Below are positions 25,583-37,500 of a DNA stretch of 64,000 nt, piece by piece. The DNA lies in assembly GCA_051362555.1 (NCBI GenBank), contig CM120640.1:27800503-27864502 (forward strand), in the 5' to 3' direction. Origin of the DNA: Lingula anatina (Eukaryota; Animalia; Brachiopoda). The notes beneath the pieces were generated by a model. It did not search any database and was not told the DNA's origin. It was given only the letters and a program-made list of their open reading frames with translations. A program made the position numbers and the translations under genes. Within the stretch, counting starts at the first letter, position 1; each line of letters starts with the position of its first letter.

Positions 25583-28500
25583 TAGATGAAGTTGACATAC
25601 AATAATAGGCCACATTCAAAATCAATATGAAATGAAACTAGAGTGCATGAAATTCTGGAAAAGCTAAAATAAAACCTATTGAGATTCCCAAAAATTCTTT
25701 TGGGAAACAGGGTCCCCCTAGATGTGTTAGTATGGCTTACGGTATTTTATCTAGATTTGCCAAGATGTGCTGCAGGAACATATCAGTTGCCACCCTCAGA
25801 TCTGCCACAGACTGCTCCAGCCTGGTTCTCACTTCCTCATGTTCCAGGGCCTGCTCTGTGGTCACATCATATGGCAAGCCACTGTGAAAAGAAAAAAAAA
25901 AAAAGAAACAATTTCATTCAAGTACAATTTCCTTCTGAGCAACTATGTAGTACCATTATTAAATAGAAAAAGGTTTATCGCTTTTCAACTTTTAGATTAA
26001 ATCCAATTTTTCATTTGTTCTTTTGCCCACCTAGTTTCCCCAGTTTCTGTCTCCATTTGGTTCACCCATGCCTTGTACACCTCAGTTGGATTGGTATTTA
26101 TGGCCAGCTTACGGTCCTCGATCACCTTAGTTACCAGTGGGTTCAGCAGCTCTCGGAGAGAAGAGCAGTAACCTCTAGCATTTCTATGGAAAAAAAGAGA
26201 ACATTCATGAAATCAATATTCATATCGATTATTAGAATTATGGTAAGAAATCTCAAGTTACACATATCCTCTTTGAGGATGTGTGTTACATTTCCAGGAT
26301 GGAGACTGTTAACATTTTTGAAAGCATACCAAAATCTAATGCAAAATACATGACAGACAAGGTAGGATGCTGCTCAAATATCATTCAATAACACAACCAG
26401 CTCTCCAAATGCATATAACTGAATGAAATTTAATGAAAATGCACGTCACTAATAGGGAACTCACCTGTTGAATGACACAATCATTTTGACTACCAGTGGG
26501 TTACCCGTAGCAATATCACTCATCTTGTCCACTTTGGATCTAGAATACAAAAAAGACAAAAAATCACACTCAACCACACAAAAAGATTTCTTCAAGTATT
26601 AGAGATTATGAATACATATCTTGTATATCAAAACTGAATATGAGGAAGAATACACGTAGCTACACCACATAGATTACTCCCGGTAGATTGTTATTATACA
26701 TCTTACTATACTTACACGAAGCACAAATACAACAAAGACATAGTTGCAACCATGCACATTCCTCACAGAGACATCATATTCATGCTTTTTTCTAAGACTA
26801 ATAATTCTTTTGAGCATACTATATCTAAAGAGAATTAGTGTCCAGAAAATAATTTGCTCCTAATGTATGATAAAAAGTCATGCATAAATCAAGTCACTGT
26901 TAAATTAAAATTCCACAGATGTTAATTCGTGCAACTTAAAACTTAAAACAGAAGCAGAAATGCCTGTATTCCCTTGCAAACTAATATGCAAAGCCGGCAT
27001 TCTGTATGACAGCCTGAAAAAGCCATGTCTGATGCCTTCTTGATAATATTTTTTTTAAATCCAAGCAACCACATAGCAACATACAATTGAAGAAGACAAC
27101 AAAATCTATTACTATTTCATTACAAATCAGCTAAGTTATCACCAGCACTACTTTCATTCACACAGGCTATTTTGAAATGTGTTAGTTTAATTAATATTTC
27201 CTTAATATATGGACATTCTATCTACAAACCAAAAGACAATGAACTCAGTGAGATCAGGTTCTACAAGACAAACATCCATTATGCACATTTGAACACAATC
27301 TACAAACAGAAAGTGACAAATATCACAAGTCGGATCTGAAAACACCTGCAAACTAAATCTAAGGAATGTGAAACAAAACATGAAGAAAAAAAGTCACTCA
27401 CAAAATGCAAGAAGCTTATAAAGAGCAGCTAAAATAAACAAAATACTTACGATCCTCGTCTAAAGAGAATGCACAGAAAAACAAATGTTTAAATAATCAG
27501 ATAAGAGAGTCAACAAATGTATGTGCACGAAATCATTTTTCAACAAAGCAAAATTGCACATTAAAATGTACCCCATCTAAATCCCAACTGACTAAATGGA
27601 AATGATAGACAAAATCAAGAACTGTTCAAGTGCAAACACTCCCCTCTCAATGTCTTATGTGCAATAAAGCAAACAGGCAGCCTCACAATTTTTCAACATT
27701 CAACCTGAACATCCATTTTGATTTATTTCACTGATAACATCAACTTTTAGCCAAAAGTCTTGCTCACTTATTTGAGTTCGAAAGTGTCAAAGCTTCATAT
27801 AAGGAGAGGGGTCTACTGAGAAAGCATGCATCAATAGTAAAAATGCACAAAAGTGTGAAATTCCTGCTGTAGACACTGCTAGGTTGACATTTGCAATTTA
27901 TATTTATCAAAGCATATTCAAAAGGATGGGCATTAACTAAGCTGTATTGCATATTACCCCAAATCCACATCCAACATTTCAAATACCTTGAACCAGGTAA
28001 TTATATAAGCACATGAAAACCTCAGACACACAAAATATAGCAAAATTTACAATAAATACCTTATTTCCTCTTCTAACGCAGTCTTGAACAACTTGAGCAG
28101 CAGATACTCCTCCCGCTGGTTAGATGCATAGTTATACAGTGTAAGAATAACCGACTCCATGAATTTGGTGGTCCGGCTCTGTGGCATCTCAAAGATCAAC
28201 TTAGCCAGGTAAGTTGGGTTGGTTTGTAACAGGTAGAACAAGTGCTGGTAGGCCTCGAGTCTTTCCCTGCTCTCTTTGCTCAGAGACTTCAGCCCTTTGC
28301 TCACTGCACCTGCAGGGTTTTCTTTGTAGTCTTTGAGTTTTCGGTCATGTGAGATTACATCCTGAAAAAGGAGATTTTCATTTTTAAAAATGCGTAAGTT
28401 AAAATTTGCACTTCTCATGCATCCCATTTCTGCAAGCATCTGGAGCCAATTCCTAAATGCAAACATAAAGCGTATTATATTCAACATCACACAAAAGATA

Positions 28501-31500
28501 TCTATAAATTGGCAAATCATCACAAAAGTTGCCAAATGAAACCAGAATCAACAACCTCTAGCCCTGCCATGCGCCAAATCCACCGCTGAAGCCTAATAAC
28601 AGAGTTACTGAAAACTGAAAAACATTAAAAAAAAGATAAATTAATCAAATAATGATATATGCATGTCAGAATCATTTGCCATGTTGATACACCATGCAGC
28701 TATACCTGCTGCCTCTGTGTTAGAAATGGAGCAATGAGGAGAAAAGATGCTGAAGCCATGGCTGGGACTATTGTCTGTAAATACAATCATTATCTACAAC
28801 TGTAACCTAAAGGTAAACAGTAGAAAAAACACTGCTACATAGATAGAATACCGGAATGTGTATCAATAGAACAAAATGGCCACCAAATTTTGCTCACAAC
28901 AACAATATAGAATCCTTCCCTATGTATTATAACAGACAAATATCAAAATAAATTCCATCTTATCCTCTTACCTGTAGTGTTATTCTGTTCTTCACTAAAA
29001 GTCCAATCTTAATGTCCATCTGGTCCAAGTCCTGCTCCAGCTGTTGATTAGAGCGGATAGCTGTCACCACTTGCTGGCGCAGATTCTGGAGTTCTGAAGA
29101 TAAAGAAATAACATTATACGAAGATATTGTAGGAATTCTACCTTGCACAAATGACAATCACTACACTTTATAAAACAGATATATTCAATTTAAGCATCAC
29201 AGCAATTATTTTCCCAGTCAAAAAGGGGTGAAGAACTCTATCTGATAAACCCTTTTTTCTATTTCTAACTCATCAATTTATAAACAAATTACTGATCCAT
29301 GTTTTGCGTAAATTTGTTATATTACCAATCTCTTCACTGTAGTCTATATCACTCTGGTCCAGCAAGTGGACAAATTTTCTGACCACACCAACAGGAGGAT
29401 TCTCAGAGTGCACTGAAATCAAATCATCAAGGTCAATTCATTTTACTGATAGACAAGTGAAACGAAGCAAAACTAAAATCAGAAAATATCTTAACATGAA
29501 GATGTTGCTGCCACTACTTTCAAATTGTCTGCAAATCTTAAATTTTCTAAATGTCATAGTAGATCACATATTCTTTGTGTTAAAATTGAATGTATGTTTG
29601 TAATTTGGAAAGAGAGAGAACTTACTGAGTTTATTATAGTCCTGTCTGGCCATACTAGATCTCCAGGCTGCTTGAATTTGGACGATCTTGGGTTCCTGAA
29701 TTCGATTTAAAAATAATGAACAAACTGAACAATTATCTACAGTATATTTTAGTGATATAAAAAACTGTTTTAAGACATGTTATACAAACTCAAACAGAAG
29801 ACTTTTAAGTTTTAGTAATGCAACCAAAAAACTTGAAGCGCTGACAGTTTTTTTATTCAATACTATTAGAATTTGTACACAAGCCCTCCTCACATTTTTC
29901 TTGTAATAGTCTTTCTGTTTTTGGTATTTCTTTCTGGCTTGGTGCATTCTCACTGCAGCTTGAATCTGAAGCAAAAAGACATTATAAATGCTCTATCTAC
30001 AATGGACTTTGATTTCAAAGTTGCTCATGACTCTTTTTTTCCATATTTTATTTTTGCTAAACTTTCTTTTGAGACTAGCTGAAATCTATTACACCAAAGC
30101 GAACATGGTAAAGTATCATTTTGATAAAGACCCACCTTTACAGCAGCTGGTTCTCCCTCCTTCAGTTCAGCTAGCCTTGTCTGGTACTTCTGTTTCTGCT
30201 TGTTACCCCTGTACCAGGCCTAGAAATCCAGAGATTTTATTCCATTTATATTTAAACTAGAAATCAAATTCATTAAAACGGTGCTGTAATGTTCCCAAAA
30301 AAGTTTGAATCAAAATATATAAACACTGTGGCTCCTGGTGCTCTACAACTTTCTAAAAATCATTGAAAAGCATAGGCAAAAAACAACATGAACTCCACAC
30401 TTGACCTTGAATACATTGCACCTTGTTTATGAATAGACAAACAACCAAACAGATCATCTTACCTGAATCTTGGTAATGGCAGGCAGTTGTGTTTTCATGA
30501 AGTCCAACCTATCATTATACTGTTTCCGTACCAAGTACCCTCTGATCTGAGCCTGGATCTTTACAATGAATGGTTCATTGGCCGCAAATAACAACTCTCT
30601 ATTATGCCCTGCTGTAACTTCTGTTACAATGTTCTGAAATTCAATATCACAAGCATGTTATCATTTCTATGAATTTAAAGTTACATTAGTTGAGATGAAA
30701 GAAAACAACTAGTTTTTTTCACACATAAACACACATAACAACTTGTCGGCATATTTCACAAACAAAACTCAAGAGCACAAAAACCTCAAGGTAGATTCCA
30801 TTAGTGTCACTTAGAATACACATGACAATTTCTTTAAAATTTCAATCCTATATTTTTACCTGAATCTCTTCTCTGGTAAGTAAGAGGTGATCTTTGACCA
30901 CCCCCTCTGGCCTCTCCCAGGCATACTGCAGAGTGTCGGTATTAAAGTAGAACTTGCTGCCATCTTTCAATCTGTTCATCATCCAACCACTGCCTGTGTC
31001 ACCTGGATTAAAGTAGAAAAATAAAATTTTAAGTTTATTTAAGATATATGTGATATGAAACGTATGTTTTGTTCAAAACTACTTATACCATCATATATGA
31101 AGAGTCACATACTTGTAAACAGTCATTTAAAAGAAGTAAATGTACTGATATTTGTTGACTGGGCAGTAGATAATCAGTACAAACTCACAACATTTTAATG
31201 TTATTTTAGACACTATACTTACCTGATCCTGCCTTGTTATTCTTAGCTTCTTGCATTTTACTGAGATATCCCTCATCACACTCTGCAGTGAGACTGTGCA
31301 GAGTCACGTCAGGGTTGTTTAATGTGTTCATCAAGTTCTTTGGATCTCCATCTTCTATGGCAATGTTAATAGCAGCTACGCCAACTGACACTGGAGATAG
31401 ATAGAGAACAGGTAAGCTACTCTTAAAATATTAATCAGTACAGAATATTCATATTTCGGGCAACCATTCTAACACAACGAGTGGCTATATGTCAGTCTTA

Positions 31501-34500
31501 GTAAAAATCTTGAGAAACATCAACAATTATTTTGCTTGCTTTAGCCACAGTTGAACTTACTTTTCTGTCCTTCCTCTGCATTTCTATTAGCTTTTGAAAC
31601 AGTTGTTTGGATGTCTTCATACCAAAGCTGTGCACCATCATCATCCATTTCCTACAAAGAGAAAGGCAAATCAACTCCCCGAAAGAGACCATGTTATGTG
31701 ACAAAAAGGAGAAAACAGACATTTAATAAATTTACATCATTAATTTTCAAGTGATTATTTTTTCCATTTCCTGGTACTGACTTTTACAAAACATTGCCTC
31801 CAGTATCAAGCAATGAACAACTTGTGTCTAAAATTACTACACACCTTCGCTTTCTGTTTCTTCTCCTTGGCCAGCAGGTTCTGGTAATGCAGTGCCTGGG
31901 GAGCCTCCACCCCCTTCAACTGAGCACTGGGCGCCAGGAGGGCCTGCAAGGTGCCTTCTGCATCCCCTCGCTCAATGGCGTCATTGATCAAACCTACTGC
32001 TATAATTCCTTAAAGAAAACGATGTTGACAGAATAAGTGACTTACAACTTTAATTCAGAGTACTATGAATTTTTTCCTTTGATTATGAAGGTAATGGCTC
32101 CTCTTCTTTGATTAAGAAAGTAATGATGGAGTGCACTTGAGTTTAATCTGTTGTACTTACTTTCATGTTCTTCTTGAACCTGGCTATTTACATTGTCCAC
32201 ACACTCTTGTATCTCAAAGTGAGTCAACAACTCATTAGGAGCCTAAAAGAAATATAATTTGAGGGAACTCAAATACAAAGTGTGGCACACCAAAATTATT
32301 ATGATACAACTAGTGCAAGAATGGATTTGTACTTATTGTCTAATACATGGTGTTCAGTATATGTGAAGAAAGCTGCAGAATTTTGAAGTCACATATGAGA
32401 AGGTTTGGGCATTTTCAAATAAAGAAAATCTTTCACTAATGAATTGGCTAAATGATGTTTTACTGATGACAATGCAGATGTCTGGCCCCATTATCAAAAC
32501 TTAAATGCGTCAAAGCATTTAGAGTATTGGCTTCACTTTAGCTTACATCAGCCTTCTCTCTCTTTGCTTCCTTCAGATTCTCTTGATATTTGGTCTGGTT
32601 GTTTTCATCCAGGAACTGAATATGTGCATTCTTGTCCATCAAAGCAGTGAAGGTGAGAGGAGGATCTCCAGATTCCACGGCCTGGTTGATTTTGGCAATG
32701 CTTGACAGCACTATGAATTGAAAAGGAAAGTATTATACTGAGCAACTAATTTGTATCATTGAAAGGAGAACAAAATATTCACTACCTGTTTATCAAAGTG
32801 TTTTGCTTTTTAATGAATTAATTATGATATAATCTTCCCACCAAATTATAGTGCTTTCTGATACAGTAACTTTGAAACACAGACTCAACTTACCTCTCAC
32901 TCCTCCAAAGATCTCCTCATAATCTAAGTCACCCTAGCAAAGAGAAACAATCCCTTGATAAGATTCATATGAAGCACTGAGAATTAATGCAATGCATAAA
33001 ATTTTAAAAATCCCTTACTCAATGCCCAGTGATGGAAGTTGTGTTAATAGATGTCATACTGTACAAACTGCCAGTACCTCAGTCAAAATCAAGCTGGTTT
33101 GTTGACAGCCAGTGTTTTTTATTATTAGTATTATTATTACCATTAATTTAACTTTTAAATTCTTTAACCTCTTCAAACTTTATTTGTATTTATAATATAG
33201 TCTGGACTATTTTAGTTCATATGACATAGAATACCTCCCTAAGTAGTAACATATCTGTAATATGTGATTTTACCTGTTTCTCTTCCTTGATGTTCACAAA
33301 CTCTTCAAAGTAAAGATTAGCTGCAAAGTCGTGCACTGGTGGTAGCATGGCTGCAGGGTTGGCTAGGGCCTTCATCAAAGCCTGGGGATCTTCTCCAGAC
33401 AGAGCACTGTTGATGCCTTGGACTGCTACCATTTCTGATGAGGAAAGTGAAATAATTCTACTAAGTCTGTTTGGGAAGAATTATGGTTGGTATGAAGTTA
33501 GTCTGACAAAAACTGAAATTTCTTCAATGTGCATGTAATGCTCAGATGATAAAGTTTAGTAATAGCTTGATTTGTGTGCTGAAAAAAAAAGAACAAGGGC
33601 TCATCTTTTAAACTCATCTGCAAGGATTGAAAGAAAACAAAAATAAACAAGGCAGCAAAGCTGTCAAATGTACAGACAACAAACAGGAAATAGCTATGCA
33701 CAAAATAGGCTACTGTCAATTCTGATGCAAAAGTACATTATGTTAAACTGCAAATTCAACATCAAATTTTAATTATCCTCAACAGGTAATACCAATGTAA
33801 TTAAAATATGTGACAAGTTTACACTTTGAAAATGTATAACTTCCAGAAAAAGAAGTCACTTAGACTGCTTTTCCAACTCAGACTGCATTTTAGTCCTGTA
33901 TTTCTTTTTTGAAAGTTCCGCAATCATAAGTAACATGGTTTTCCCATAATGGTCATCATGGCAGCAGCACCCAAAATTGTGTTTTCTTCTATTCTGATGC
34001 AATATTACATAATGGATTTTATTTATTGACTACAGTTCAGCTTTTAACACAATTGTGCCAAAAAAAACTATATTTGAAACTTTTAAACCATCTTAAGCTA
34101 CCTGTTTTTATTTGTGACTGGATTTTAGACTTTCTTTTAGATAGAAGACAATCTGTTAAAGTCGGCTCATTTAGCTCAAAAATAACAGTCTTAAATACCG
34201 GTGCACCACAGGGATGCGTCCTTTCACCTTGTCTTTACTCCCTTTTTACTTACGATTGCACTAGTGTAAGCGATGGGACTTTTCTCATGAAATTTGCGGA
34301 CGATACTACGCTGGTGGGGCTAGTCACTGATAATGACGAGAGTACATATAGAGAATCTGTTGAGTCGTTGTTAAGCTGGTGCGAGAGTAATGATCTTATC
34401 TTGAACGTAGCTAAAACCAAAGAAATGATAGTGGATTTTAGAAGGAATCAGAATGTAAAGGTACCACTCACCATTGGTAATGATGAAGTTAGTAGGGTAG

Positions 34501-37500
34501 AGGAATTTAAACTACTTGGTATACACCTTAACAGTAAATTGAATTGGAAAGATAACACCGTAAAGAGTGTAAAGAAGGCACGGCAAAGACTGTATTTTTT
34601 AAGATCATTGAGAACTTTTACTGATAGTGTGCCTATTTTAGTCAATTTTTATAGGTGTGTAATTGAAAGCATTCTAGCGTACGGAATTATAATATGGTAT
34701 AGCGGAACAGCTGGGGAGGAAAGGAAGAAATTAGCAAACGTTGTAAAAACTGCAAGCAGGATTATCGGACAAGATCTCCCCAAGCTGGATGATATTTTTA
34801 AGGACAGGATGGAGAAAAGAATTGTCAACACCATAAAAGACGCTTTCCATCCTGCATCCTCTCTTTTTACTTTTTTACCAAGCAACAGTAGACTTTTAAC
34901 TTTTAAAGGCAGTAAACGCTTTTTAAACAGCTTTTATCCAAGTGCAGTGACGCATTTTAATTTGATCTCAAAGCTAAATTCTTAATTTTATTTATTTATT
35001 ATTTTATTATTTTACTCTGTATATTGCTCCAATGGAAAATGATTTCCGATTTTTTATAATTGGCTAAATAAACTCTTATCTTATGGTTAACAGCATAATG
35101 ACCGTCAATTTTTAATAATAAAATATATGTATCATGGATTTTCAGAAAATGTGACTAGCATGGGTCTTCAAGCCCGTGGAACTTCAAAGTCACGCCTTGA
35201 AAATGCCAATATGTGAAAAATTAAATTTTCACAAAATAACTGTTTAACTGGCAGTAAGAATTACCAAACAGACTGTATTTCCTACTGAAGCTGTATTTTA
35301 GTCCCATGTTTCTTTCCTGTAAGTTTGAGAACAGTAAATGACATGGTTTTTCTTAAATGGTCATCATGGGAGCAGTGCCCAAAATAGTTTTTTTTTTCAA
35401 ATTTTGATGCAATATTACATAATGTTTAACAGCATAATGACCATCAACTTTAATAATAAAATATTAGTATTATGGATATTCAGAAAATGTGACTAGCAAA
35501 GGTCTTCAGGCTCATGGAACTTCAAAGTCACAACTTGAAAATGCCAAAATGTAAACGAGACAGCACTGTTCTGAAATGTTTTTTTTTCCATTTTTAACAA
35601 TTTTTAACATAAAACAAAGTTAACAGTTTTCTGCCGTTTTTATATTATCAACTAAGAAAATTGATGAGATGGGAAAAATATCAACAGAGCAGTGTTAAAT
35701 GTCCAATCTCTTCCATTCTGAGATTCTGAACATAGTGAATGATTGAATCTGACAAACTGCAATGATATGAGTTTATTTCCATTTTTGAAACTTTATTACA
35801 CAATACACGATAACAAGTTTACCATCATTTTTACATAATCAACTAATAATGTTGTAAAATTGCAGGAAATGCCAAACAAACACTTTAACGTATCTTATTA
35901 GTTCAATAATGAAACTGTTTACATGCCTAAGAATTAAATCTGAGGAAATGTGAAAAAACTGCATTTCTTTAAAATAATGGCCCGATTATGCTGATTTTTG
36001 AACTCAACCTGCGTTTTAGCAGAAATGACAACTCCTGTGAGTTTAATGACAATTGGCCTATCTGTTTTTCTTATATTGTGTTTACAGTGTTGCATATATG
36101 CTTAAAAGTGAAAAAAAAAGCATAACTACCAAAATAGTGGTCCGATCATGCCGGTTTTCGAACTTGACCTGCGTTATAGTAAGATTGATTACTCCTGTGA
36201 GTTTCATGACAAAAAGCTTATCGGTTTTCCTTGAAATGTGTTTACAGTGTTGCATATATGCTGAAAAGTGAAAAAACAGCATAACTTCTACATTAATGGC
36301 CCGATCATGCTGATTTTCGAACTTGACCTGCATTTTATGAATATTCATCAGCTCTGTAAATATACAGCCAAAAAGTAAAACTGCCTTCCACTTATCATGT
36401 TTACAATGAAAGTGCATGGCGCCAGCGACAGCGACAGTGACGGCAACGACGGCGACGACAGATGCAGGTGATGGCAATATGTACAGACACATCTGTACAT
36501 ATTAACTGTACTGTTTGAGAACAGTAAGTGACATGGTTTTTCTTAAATGGTCATCATGGGAGCAGTGCCCAAAACAGTTTTTTTTCAAATTTTGATGCAA
36601 TATTACATAATGTTTAACAGCATAATGATCATCAATTTTTAATAATAAAATATTAGTATCATGGACAAATAGTAAACGTGACTAACATAGGTTTTTAGGC
36701 CGATGGAACTTCAAAGTCACGCCTTAAAAATGCCAAAATGTAAACAAGACTGCACTGTTCTGAAATGGGTTTATTTCCATTTTTAACACTTTTTTAACAT
36801 AAAACAAAATTAATAGGTTACTGCCATTTTTAAAAGATCAACTAAGAAAATTGATGAGATGGAAAAAATATCAATAGAACAGTGTTAAATGTCCAATTTC
36901 TTCCATTCTGAGATTCTGAACATAGTGAATGATTGAATCTGACAAACTGCAATGATATGTGTTTATTTCCATTTTTGACACTTTATTACACAATACACGA
37001 TAACAAGTTTACCATCATTTTTACATAATCAACTAACAATGTTGTAAAGATTCAGGAAATGTCAAAGAAACACTTTTACGTATCTTATTACTTAAATAAT
37101 AAGGCTATTAACATGCCTAAGAATTAAATCTGAGGAAATCTGAGGAAATGTAAAAAAACAGCATAACTTCTAAAATAATGCCCCGATTATGCTGATTTTC
37201 GAACTCAACCTGCATTTTAGTAAGACTGACCGTTCCTGTGAGTTTAATGACAATTGGGCTTTCTGTTTTTCTTATATTGTGTTTACAGTGTTGCATATAT
37301 GCTGAACAATGAAAAAACCCCATAACTACTAAAATAGTGGCCCGATCATGCTGATTTTCGAACTTGACCTGCGTTTTAGTAAGATTGATTACTCCTGTCA
37401 GTTTCATGACAACAGGCCTAATGGTTTTCCTTAAAATGTGTTTACAAGGTTGCATATATGCTGAAAAGTGAAAAAAACAGCATAACTTCTACAATAATGG

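Noticed and set aside
34026-34985. 319-aa ORF as an independent host gene (e.g. ALKBH8-like via DUF1891) or a prokaryote-type RT system
   Set aside because: The TTG start is an artefact of a frameshift. 5' truncation, target-site duplication, AATAAA and the tandem-repeat tail identify a LINE fragment.
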